In this document: positions 48,153-55,616 of the stretch, piece after piece
How positions within the stretch are numbered: the stretch's first letter is position 1
Layout of the letters: every line of letters begins with the position of its first letter
Origin: a virus
Lineage: Duplodnaviria; Caudoviricetes
IMG/VR virus record: IMGVR_UViG_3300032236_000195
Coordinates: 647-64,646 of that record
DNA length: 64,000 bases
Strand: one strand, 5' to 3'
Translations under genes and position numbers: made by a program
Notes under the pieces: generated by a model
Told to the model about the DNA's origin: nothing
The model's database searches: none
The model's input: the letters and a program-made list of their open reading frames with translations, nothing else

Positions 48153-48252
48153 ACTATCCTCTACTTGATTAATTAACTTTCCACCCCACGGTGGACACTA
48201 ACCCGATCGGGATTGAAAAGTACCGTACTTCTCAATCCCATCATCGAACCAT

Positions 48253-49365
48253 TCACAACAACTCGTGATTGTTCTTCGCCCACTCACCGATCTTCGCGTT
48301 GTTACGTGCGAGTTTGATCGCTCGTGGGTTACGCATCATCATGGTGAAGAACACCGCTTGAACCTCGGACGAACGAATGCGCTCGACGAACTCCATGAAT
48401 GAAGATAGTTCATCTTGAGTCGCAAGCATATCGACTGCTTGGAACATCATCATCAACTGCGCGGCAACGTCATCGGGAACCGGGACACCCTTGGGATCTT
48501 TGATAACGTCCTTCACGTCTATGAGATTCTTCTCCATGTCCAAGAACACCATCATGTCCTTGGCAGCAGCGATACCGATAGTCCCGGCCATTGCCGCTTG
48601 CACGAAGTTTGGCTTCATCTGATCACGCTTACGCACGATCACATCGTTCTTCGTCAGTGAGCGCGGAGACACAAACGACAACACACCGCTTCCGGGTTTG
48701 AAGATGTATGGATTATCTTTTGTATGATCCCCTTCTCTGTACGATTGCAGGCACTTCGGGTACATAGAAACCCACGCCCTCGTGACCCGAGAGATACCGT
48801 TGGCGCTCGCCCATGTCAACCACTCGTTTACGCTTGGCTTCGCCATCTCCACGATAGTCACGCGATTACCTGCGTGAGCGAGCATCGTGTCACCGACACC
48901 ATCTGACGCATTGTTGGATGTTGCAATAATCCACGATCCATCAGGCAGTGGCTCGTCACCGACCATACGCTCCAGCAGCATCCGGGTGAAGATCACCTGC
49001 AAGAGTTTCGGCGCTTTGTTCAACTCGTCGAGCATGATCACCTTCGGGCGGGGATCTTTCAGATTGAACAACGACGCCACGTAATACATCAACTCCTTGG
49101 TGACATGATCAGGGATGGTCATGCCAATGTCCGACATGTCCTTGACCGGACAATCTACGTAGATATAGTCACGACTATCGTCAGGGAAGTGCTGCCCTGC
49201 TTTGCGCCACTTGTCGCCGTTATCTTCAGCGAGCATCTTCAAGAGCGAACTCTTGCCACAACCCGGCTCGGACAGAACAACGACGGACACCTCGTCGCCA
49301 ATGATGGGGATGTCGTGACGCAGATCATCAATGGTCACGGTGGAACGGAAATTAAGTGCAGCCAT
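48253..49365 (-). CDS. MoxR-like AAA+ ATPase
   Basis: Walker A SEPGCGKS, Walker B MLDE, ATSN, NR, SPRS. Confidence 0.82.
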   Translation of the reverse strand: MAALNFRSTVTIDDLRHDIPIIGDEVSVVVLSEPGCGKSSLLKMLAEDNGDKWRKAGQHFPDDSRDYIYVDCPVKDMSDIGMTIPDHVTKELMYYVASLFNLKDPRPKVIMLDELNKAPKLLQVIFTRMLLERMVGDEPLPDGSWIIATSNNASDGVGDTMLAHAGNRVTIVEMAKPSVNEWLTWASANGISRVTRAWVSMYPKCLQSYREGDHTKDNPYIFKPGSGVLSFVSPRSLTKNDVIVRKRDQMKPNFVQAAMAGTIGIAAAKDMMVFLDMEKNLIDVKDVIKDPKGVPVPDDVAAQLMMMFQAVDMLATQDELSSFMEFVERIRSSEVQAVFFTMMMRNPRAIKLARNNAKIGEWAKNNHELL

Positions 49366-49407
49366 TTTAAATACTCCTTGGTGATACTAAATTAGACTTG
49401 AATAAAC

Positions 49408-50313
49408 TTAAACGCAACTGAACGAACCAAACTTGCCGAGGATATCGTCAATATCCCCCTTCACTTGCGAGCGCACCGCGTCAGAGTCACGGATCGTATC
49501 GGCAGATACTCCCTTGATCGCATCCTCTAACGCACTGCGCGCCGCTTCCAACTCTGCGTTACCCGTAAGATTAAAATCTTTGAAGGTCTCGCACATCTCA
49601 CGCGCTTTCTCCAACGTGGACTCGTAGATCTTGCGCTTGCGGATCTTGGTCTCGCCTTTCTTATCGACAACCTCCTCCGTGTCGCAACAGTAAGAAATGC
49701 TCTTCATCACCTCAATGAACCGATCTTGCTGATCTTGAAGTATCGACGCTACGATCTCTTCGGTCTGCTTGCTGTATGTGGCAAACAAATCATCAGCGAT
49801 GTCCTGCGCGATCTGGCAACGGAAGTCATTCATCGGCACGTCGCTCACGAATAGACGCATGTTGAACTTGCCACGAACTACCTCTTTGGTCGGGTAATCG
49901 TTACGGTCGAACATGTCGCCCTGCGTGAAAGCCATAGCCGTTACGATGTTGTCGTACTCCGCTATAAACGATTCCACGTGACCATCGAACGCTAACTTGT
50001 GCTCGTCATATTCTTTCTTAAATCGTTCCAACTCAACTTGTGGCAAGTATTGATTGCCCTTGTTCCACTCGTAGGTGCGACGCTGAAGCCAGTTATATAC
50101 GGTCTGGCGATAGTTGGAGATCGCCTTGTGCTTGGGATGATCGGCCAGCAAGTGCTGAGTGTACCGACCGGCAGCAGCAGATGCATTCTTAGATGAAGTC
50201 ACCTCCTGACTGACTGCTTTGTTCTGCTTGGTCGCAGACCAGACGTTGATGTCCACGCTGACCAACATACCGGACGATGCGAGGCTGATGAGATGCTTTG
50301 GTTTGTTCAACAT
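49408..50313 (-). CDS. Conserved helical phage protein (DUF3150-like)
   Basis: L.SS.MLV..I..WS..K...F...Y......F...DYP....R.KF...FNL.....LE.A pattern, upstream of AAA/VWA. Confidence 0.55.
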   Translation of the reverse strand: MLNKPKHLISLASSGMLVSVDINVWSATKQNKAVSQEVTSSKNASAAAGRYTQHLLADHPKHKAISNYRQTVYNWLQRRTYEWNKGNQYLPQVELERFKKEYDEHKLAFDGHVESFIAEYDNIVTAMAFTQGDMFDRNDYPTKEVVRGKFNMRLFVSDVPMNDFRCQIAQDIADDLFATYSKQTEEIVASILQDQQDRFIEVMKSISYCCDTEEVVDKKGETKIRKRKIYESTLEKAREMCETFKDFNLTGNAELEAARSALEDAIKGVSADTIRDSDAVRSQVKGDIDDILGKFGSFSCV

Positions 50314-50406
50314 GATGTTTCCTTTCCACGGGTACGTGGATCATTAGTTAAAGACACAGACTACGAAACAATCCTGACGCGCTGGCAAGTCGCCTTGCCT
50401 ACTGAC

Positions 50407-50435
50407 AGTATACTACAACTGTACATATGGTACAA
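50407..50435 (-). promoter_or_regulatory. Sigma70-type promoter
   Basis: TTGTAC-N17-TATACT on the minus strand; homologous to the promoter at 52711. Confidence 0.65.
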
Positions 50436-50453
50436 GGGTATTGTGTAACTTTT

Positions 50454-50741
50454 TTATAGTGTCACTTTCTCCTGTACAACTTCTATGAGATACCCGAGCC
50501 TACGGATACAGTCCAACGTGTTGTCCGTCAGCACCGTGTGACCCGCGCACTGCGCGAAGATCCGAGACCTGTCACAGTCCGGGTAGACCATCCGCGTCCC
50601 GTAGACATGTTTGATACGAACCTTGATCGTCTGCTGGTCCTCCATCTTCTCGTCCCACTTGCGCCATGCGTCACATGTAGGACACCCTGCCTCGTACTCG
50701 TCGCACCGCGCACCGAAAATTTCCTCGAAAGTCTCTTCCAT
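50454..50741 (-). CDS. Hypothetical protein
   Basis: SD GAGGAG; G.RC..Y..GC..C.AW plus VYG...YP.C..S..FA..AG..LT motifs. Confidence 0.6.
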   Translation of the reverse strand: MEETFEEIFGARCDEYEAGCPTCDAWRKWDEKMEDQQTIKVRIKHVYGTRMVYPDCDRSRIFAQCAGHTVLTDNTLDCIRRLGYLIEVVQEKVTL

Positions 50742-50743
50742 GA

Positions 50744-50908
50744 TTACTCCTCGTTTACGTCACGAATAAATTTAACGTCATAGGCGTTGCCGCCCGTACT
50801 CATCCCTTGAGCCTCGGCGTATTCAATCGCTTCTTCCTCACTGTCAAACACGCCATACACCTGCGTTGGTTCATGTGGAAAGTAATTTATTACGACAAAC
50901 CTCTCCAT
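50744..50908 (-). CDS. Small hypothetical protein (not in ORF track)
   Basis: 54 aa MERFVVINYF...VYGVFDSEEEAIEYAE..., coupled to upstream stop. Confidence 0.55.
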   Translation of the reverse strand: MERFVVINYFPHEPTQVYGVFDSEEEAIEYAEAQGMSTGGNAYDVKFIRDVNEE

Positions 50909-51114
50909 CACACTCTCCCAAATCTAAAATACTTGACGATCCGATCACGAAACTGCGCCTTGTGCCGCAAAAGAAGGGACGTTTGCAGTCGCTCCATGTC
51001 CCAACTGATCACCTTGCAACTCATGGGCGTGGGTCGGGTGTATGCGGAACCGATCAGGGACGGACCCCAATCCAACCGGAGTTTTACTTCTCCGTCATTG
51101 TCTTTAACTAGCAT
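50908..51114 (-). CDS. Hypothetical protein
   Basis: IG..Y..P......DMERLQ..LL motif, SD GAGG. Confidence 0.55.
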   Translation of the reverse strand: MLVKDNDGEVKLRLDWGPSLIGSAYTRPTPMSCKVISWDMERLQTSLLLRHKAQFRDRIVKYFRFGRV

Positions 51115-51119
51115 TTTCT

Positions 51120-51293
51120 TTAGTCCTCGTTGGGGTTGTCGTACGCCATGAACGCTTCAAGGTTCTCGGTTGAATGCCAAGCGAGAATGGTCTCGATGTC
51201 ATCGAAGTGATTTCTCTTAATGTCCCGCACAACCTTCAAAACGGCTTGTGCAACTATCACTTGCCGCATGGCGTATTCCTCTTGCTTGTCCAT
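51120..51293 (-). CDS. Small hypothetical protein
   Basis: SD GGAG; MDKQEEY... Confidence 0.45.
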   Translation of the reverse strand: MDKQEEYAMRQVIVAQAVLKVVRDIKRNHFDDIETILAWHSTENLEAFMAYDNPNED

Positions 51294-51401
51294 CTCATGT
51301 TCTCCAGTAAAAAACGATAATCGCTGCAATGGATACGCCAAGCACGTATCCAACACAGAACGCTGCCATCCAATTAAATGCACGATCAATTAATCTCATT
51401 C

Positions 51402-51719
51402 TCATTTCTTCATCTTCTCCCATAGTTGAATTACCCAATATGATTCGCTCCACGTTCGATCATCTGTGACGAACCCCCTATCAAACTGGAAGCCCGCACG
51501 CGCCACGCGGTCGAGATGATCATCAGCAGATACTTTCTCTTCCGAATAACTGAACCAACCCACGTCCGTCACCGCTTTGACCTCATCCCACGTTCCACGT
51601 TCCGATGGATCGAAAACTTTGGTCATAAACTCAAGATCAAACGTCGAGCCACGTTCCGCTCGCTTGATCATGTACTCGTTGACCCGAGGATCTATGGGTT
51701 TGCGCAGCCGACTCATCAC
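51402..51719 (-). CDS. Hypothetical protein
   Basis: 105 aa, coupled. Confidence 0.55.
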   Translation of the reverse strand: MMSRLRKPIDPRVNEYMIKRAERGSTFDLEFMTKVFDPSERGTWDEVKAVTDVGWFSYSEEKVSADDHLDRVARAGFQFDRGFVTDDRTWSESYWVIQLWEKMKK

Positions 51720-52150
51720 CAGTCACGCTCTATGGTTCTTCTGACCCATAGCCACTGAAAGTCGTATCTGCCACTTGCTCTGACCTCGGTGTCATCGTCA
51801 TTCTCGCCGCACCGCACGAAGATATAGCCGATGCACTCTGGCCCCTCCTGCGAATTGATGGACTCCTCCGTTAGGTCGATGAGCGCATCGTGCGACATAA
51901 CTTCAAAATTACTGTCGTACCACTTGATGTCGTCAACCACAAAGCTGATCCTCAGATCTACTTCATCTACCTCACACTCTTCGATGGCTTGCCGGGTGAC
52001 CTCATCTGATTTGGCTTCGGCAATGAATGTATAAAACGCTTGTCGGTTCAATGTGTCATCGTCGCTCGTGAACCGGATCGTGTACGCGACGTTTGATCTG
52101 TATCCCATTTGTTTTTTCCAGTATTCTTTTGGCGTTAAGAATGGTTTCAT
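51716..52150 (-). CDS. Hypothetical acidic protein
   Basis: MGYRSNV...KWY...F.R.GE..DD.E motif; ATGA coupling at 52147-52150. Confidence 0.6.
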   Translation of the reverse strand: MKPFLTPKEYWKKQMGYRSNVAYTIRFTSDDDTLNRQAFYTFIAEAKSDEVTRQAIEECEVDEVDLRISFVVDDIKWYDSNFEVMSHDALIDLTEESINSQEGPECIGYIFVRCGENDDDTEVRASGRYDFQWLWVRRTIERDW

Positions 52151-52347
52151 GTGTTGACGGTCTTGGGGTTGAGTTGCTTGAGCATCTCCCGGTCGAAGCA
52201 TGGGAAGTAGTGGGACTTGTTCAGCGGCACGATGGTGTGCCGATGTTGTCTTGCCCGCTTCTCACCGCATGGGAGGCAACAGTCATACTCAAGCATCCAC
52301 CGCTCCGTGGAGTACTCTTCACCACAATCGACGCATTCGGGAATCAT
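52147..52347 (-). CDS. Small zinc-finger protein
   Basis: C..CG....R..L.Y..CL.CGE...P.NKS.Y...LNPK. Confidence 0.6.
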   Translation of the reverse strand: MIPECVDCGEEYSTERWMLEYDCCLPCGEKRARQHRHTIVPLNKSHYFPCFDREMLKQLNPKTVNT

Positions 52348-52610
52348 GCTACTTCCCCTCCCTGCAAGTCATACGCTTGAACCTCATACTTGAACCGACC
52401 GTCATAGTCGGATAGCCGGTCACCCGTTGCGAACAACAATCTGGCGAAGTGCGCCGACGCCTCGTCTGAGTACACGCCCATCACGTGGCGCTCTGTGTCT
52501 GGGTGTTCGCTGCACCAGAGAATAAATACTTGGGGGAGATCAGGGAAACCCATCTCTGCTTCGGTCTGCGCCATGAGTTCATCATGGTAGAAGGCTTTCA
52601 TCTTGCTCAT
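52344..52610 (-). CDS. Hypothetical protein
   Basis: SD AGGAG; first gene after the 52711 promoter. Confidence 0.6.
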   Translation of the reverse strand: MSKMKAFYHDELMAQTEAEMGFPDLPQVFILWCSEHPDTERHVMGVYSDEASAHFARLLFATGDRLSDYDGRFKYEVQAYDLQGGEVA

Positions 52611-52710
52611 GTCTTGCTCCTATCGGATTCCACGGGTACGTGGATTGTTAGTTAACGATCTAGGTCACTGCGTTAGGCTGCGGCGTTGAGAACTTGCCTT
52701 GCCTATTGAC

Positions 52711-52746
52711 AGTATAACACAACTTGACATATACACACAGGGTATT
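52711..52746 (-). promoter_or_regulatory. Extended -10 promoter
   Basis: TGT-TATACT on the minus strand; about 50-bp homology with the 50407 promoter. Confidence 0.55.
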
Positions 52747-52799
52747 GCATATCTTTTTTTCGTGGGGCTGGCGATGTAGATACTTTATTTGGTTTCTAA

Positions 52800-53200
52800 A
52801 ATGAAGTTTTGGGGGGAATTTTTGTTCCATTTGTTCCATTTGTTCCAATTTCGTAAGTTTACGTAAGTCTACAAAATTCGTTGTGTTTTGTGGGATGACG
52901 CGTTGTAAGTGATTGATTTTTAAGAATAAATATTTATTATATAATATATAATATATAGAAAAGAGTGGTTTGTTCCAATGTTCCATGTTTTTGGAGGGGG
53001 GAGGGGGTTTTTGTGATGTTTTTGAAGAATTTTGTGTGCAGCGGCAGCGCTTCTTTGACGAACGCGAAAAAAAATCGTTATAAGGTCACCCCCTAAAAAT
53101 CGTGGAACAAATGGAACAAACGGAACATTCCTTTGTAATCAAAGACTTACGCTGTTCTTCTCTGTTCCTACATGAAGTACGCTTGGAACAAAAACTACCG
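52800..53200. repeat. Candidate replication origin: inverted 9-bp iterons, AT-rich core, two IHF-type sites
   Basis: TTTGTTCCA x3 (52821-47) and at 52969; TGGAACAAA at 53103, 53112, 53184; AT run about 52915-52960; AATCAAnnnnTTA at 52906-18 (minus) and 53137-49 (plus). Confidence 0.6.
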
Positions 53201-53202
53201 AT

Positions 53203-53265
53203 TTGACAACCAAAAGTATTCATGCTATTTTCTGTTCTGTAGAACAACCGATACAGAACAGAAAA
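53203..53265 (+). promoter_or_regulatory. Sigma70 promoter overlapped by a 14-bp inverted repeat
   Basis: TTGACA-N17-(TGC)TATTTT; TTTTCTGTTCTGTA-N10-TACAGAACAGAAAA. Confidence 0.55.
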
Positions 53266-53285
53266 CTCACAGAAGAAAAATCGAT

Positions 53286-53427
53286 TCCACGGGGACGTGG
53301 ATCGTTAATTAACGGTCTTGCCCACGCCAGACCACGCGCCCTACGCGCGCGCGACCACAAAGAACTGGCATCAGATAGCCGGGGCCAAAAAAAGGGGAGC
53401 CGCAGACCTTGCGGCCTGCGACCCCCC
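53286..53427 (-). repeat. Cassette spacer A (terminator + 22-bp box + CCAC palindrome)
   Basis: Aligns with spacers B and C. Confidence 0.75.
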
Positions 53428-53444
53428 GAATGGTAATTGGTTAA

Positions 53445-54134
53445 TTACCCTTTTAACCAAACCGCATTGAATGCGGCAATTGCTTCATCGAGCAATTTAG
53501 TATTGGCTGTTACATCACCACGTTGGATATGAGCGGTTTTGCAACGCTTTTTAAGATCATCGATGGTATTGGTAATTACCTCACCGAATGATTTTGTTGC
53601 AGTGCGCTGGCGTTGCTGACCAGATTGTTCAACAATTAGCATCTTTGCACGTTTCTGCAATTCACCAATTCTGTTATTAGCATAATTGATAAACTTGACA
53701 CGGCGCGGATTAAACGCTGTCCACAATTTAACTTGTTGACCGTCTTTACTGGTACGCATTGCGCCCCATGCCTGAGTGCTAAATGACATGATGTAATCAA
53801 TGCCAATCGTTACCCTTTCGAGTTTAGCGTCTTGCGACTCTTTACTCAATTCAGAAACTGCCAAGTAATTACCATCAATGATGGCATACTCTACATTCGG
53901 ATATAACTCCGAGTAGCGCAATTGATAACCGGCTTTTAACTCGGCTTTCGATTCATCGTCAATATCGTCAGGAAACCCTTTGATATTGGCCATTGCATAT
54001 CGGGCTTGCGAATCGAGAATGCCACTAGCGCGGGCTTGTTTATAACCCAGATCGCGGAGCGATACGAAAGAATCTAATTCAACCGAATTGGTTTGAATTG
54101 CGGGCGCGGACGTGTTGGCATTGGATTTTGCCAT
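53445..54134 (-). CDS. Cassette gene 1, hypothetical helical protein
   Basis: About 229 aa, SD AGGTG, with its own promoter and terminator. Confidence 0.7.
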   Translation of the reverse strand: MAKSNANTSAPAIQTNSVELDSFVSLRDLGYKQARASGILDSQARYAMANIKGFPDDIDDESKAELKAGYQLRYSELYPNVEYAIIDGNYLAVSELSKESQDAKLERVTIGIDYIMSFSTQAWGAMRTSKDGQQVKLWTAFNPRRVKFINYANNRIGELQKRAKMLIVEQSGQQRQRTATKSFGEVITNTIDDLKKRCKTAHIQRGDVTANTKLLDEAIAAFNAVWLKG

Positions 54135-54192
54135 GATATTCACCTAATGGTAAAAAGGGTTTGAAAGTATCGCAATCCCTTGCGATGGATTG

Positions 54193-54345
54193 ACAATATC
54201 ACAATGGGGTTTAATGTAAAGTTCCACGGGGGGGTGGGCCGTTATATAGCGCGCTTGCCCGCGCCCGCGATGCACGCACGCGACGACAAATAACTGGTAT
54301 CAATTCGCAGGCGCAAAAAAAGCCCCGAGGCCGAAGCCTCGGGGC
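54193..54345 (-). repeat. Cassette spacer B (UUCG terminator + 22-bp box + CCAC palindrome + promoter)
   Basis: GCCCCGAGGC-TTCG-GCCTCGGGGC-T7; TTTACA-N16-TATTGT. Confidence 0.8.
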
Positions 54346-54363
54346 CGAGATCAGACGGGCTGA

Positions 54364-54831
54364 TCAGTCGTCGCAGACTATCTTGTAGGTCTCGACTGTT
54401 TTGGTTTCCGTACCAACCAGCACCTTGCGGCAGGTTGGGCTGTCTTCTCGCACGTAAGCGGCAATGCTAACGACGATGGCTTCGTACCATGCGGGACCAT
54501 ACTTAAACTCAAACCGGAAGTCCCGGTTCAAGCTGTTAGGGTAGTCCGATGTCTTTGTTGCTTCAAGGCCATCAACGTAAAGCAGACTGTCCAAGATCAT
54601 GGTCAGCTTGCGGTCGTTGAACCCGTCTAAGTTTGGTAAGTAGCAAAAGACGCCACCGCTTGAACTAATGCTAACGTCACCGTTGCCAAGATCATGCTGG
54701 AAGCATGACAAGATCTGACGGTAGACTTTCTTGTGCGACAAGAAATCCTTGATCTGTTTGGCAGCGCGCATTTTGTCGTAGCGCATTTTGGTGAGACCCG
54801 ACTCGAGCAGTTCTGTAGGCTTGATTGCCAT
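54364..54831 (-). CDS. Cassette gene 2, hypothetical protein
   Basis: SD GGAG before MAIKP; ...SDYP....RDFRF...AY...DSPTCRKV.VG motif. Confidence 0.7.
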   Translation of the reverse strand: MAIKPTELLESGLTKMRYDKMRAAKQIKDFLSHKKVYRQILSCFQHDLGNGDVSISSSGGVFCYLPNLDGFNDRKLTMILDSLLYVDGLEATKTSDYPNSLNRDFRFEFKYGPAWYEAIVVSIAAYVREDSPTCRKVLVGTETKTVETYKIVCDD

Positions 54832-54876
54832 TTCATTCTCCAAAGTCTGCAACGGGGAATCCGTTGCATTGAGTTC

Positions 54877-55032
54877 ACCTTACCCAAACCCGTACCAAAT
54901 GTAAAGTTCCACGGGGGGGAGGCCCGCTCCGCGCTGGCTCACGCACACACGCGATGCACGCGCCCGACAACAAAGAACTGGCATCAAAACCGTGAGCCGC
55001 AAAAAAAGGGGCGGGGCCGAAGCCCCAACCCC
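54877..55032 (-). repeat. Cassette spacer C (UUCG terminator + 22-bp box + degenerate palindrome + promoter)
   Basis: GGGGTTGGGGC-TTCG-GCCCCGCCCC-T7; TTTACA-N17-TAAGGT. Confidence 0.8.
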
Positions 55033-55038
55033 GTCAGA

Positions 55039-55284
55039 TTACTGGAACAGCTCGCGCTGTGGATTCCAGTAGGTGTCGATCATCACCTTGGCCGGATACC
55101 CTTGGATGCCCTGCATCATCAGGCCCATGCGGATCAGATTCCGCGAAGTCTGACCTTTGTCCTGCATCAGGATCATGCTGATCCTCGCGTACTGGTCAGC
55201 GCCCAACCACTCTTTGCAATCATCCAACGCGCGTTGGATGGTCTCGGGCGACTCAAGGTCGCTGTACTCAATTTCGTAGCTCAT
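55039..55284 (-). CDS. Cassette gene 3b, hypothetical protein
   Basis: SD GGAG before MSYEIEYSDL; 81 aa, GIQGYPA motif. Confidence 0.65.
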   Translation of the reverse strand: MSYEIEYSDLESPETIQRALDDCKEWLGADQYARISMILMQDKGQTSRNLIRMGLMMQGIQGYPAKVMIDTYWNPQRELFQ

Positions 55285-55322
55285 TACTCTCTCCAGTTGC
55301 GGGGGCCGAGGCCCCCGGTTGA

Positions 55323-55499
55323 TTACATGCTCAGGATCTGAGCGACGAGATACACATCGTAGGCGAACAGTCCAATGAACAGCGCCCACAGTGCCAACTC
55401 ACCCGGCGTACCCTCATGCTTCTGGGTACGATATGCAGACCAGCCGATCTGCCCCACACGGAAGAAATGAATCCCCCCGACCTTGCGATATGAAAGCAT
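55323..55499 (-). CDS. Cassette gene 3a, 58-aa protein with C-terminal TM helix (not in ORF track)
   Basis: SD GAGGGAG; MLSYRKVGGIHFFRVG...LALWALFIGLFAYDVYLVAQILSM. Confidence 0.6.
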   Translation of the reverse strand: MLSYRKVGGIHFFRVGQIGWSAYRTQKHEGTPGELALWALFIGLFAYDVYLVAQILSM

Positions 55500-55568
55500 G
55501 TCGCTCTCCCTCGTAGCCTACGCCGCGCTATCAGACTGCCTGATGCTGTCCGTCGTTTGCATGATTCC

Positions 55569-55616
55569 AAGCTATCCGATTCCGTTTCAAAAGTAAAGTT
55601 CTGAGGGGGGGAGGCC
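55569..55616 (-). promoter_or_regulatory. Promoter of last cassette (partial spacer D)
   Basis: TTTACT-N17-TAGCTT, with the same GTAAAGTTC...G-run-AGGCCCG flank as spacer C. Confidence 0.65.

Noticed and set aside
50405-52745. E. coli-type LexA boxes in the duplicated promoters
   Set aside because: CTG...CAR spacing is off by one from CTGT-N8-ACAG in both copies.
52660-52986. ORF with LEQMEQMEQ repeat
   Set aside because: It is the translation of the 9-bp iterons and AT tract; no convincing protein features.
50325-53301. DnaA boxes within the TCCAC motif
   Set aside because: The copies read ATCCACG or TTCCACG, not TTWTNCACA, and are organised as a fixed-spacing palindrome.
53203-53436. Plus-strand ORFs 53203..53436 and 54733..55341 sharing KELAS/KNWHQ-type text
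   Set aside because: They read through the non-coding spacer repeats; the first starts on the TTG of a -35 box.
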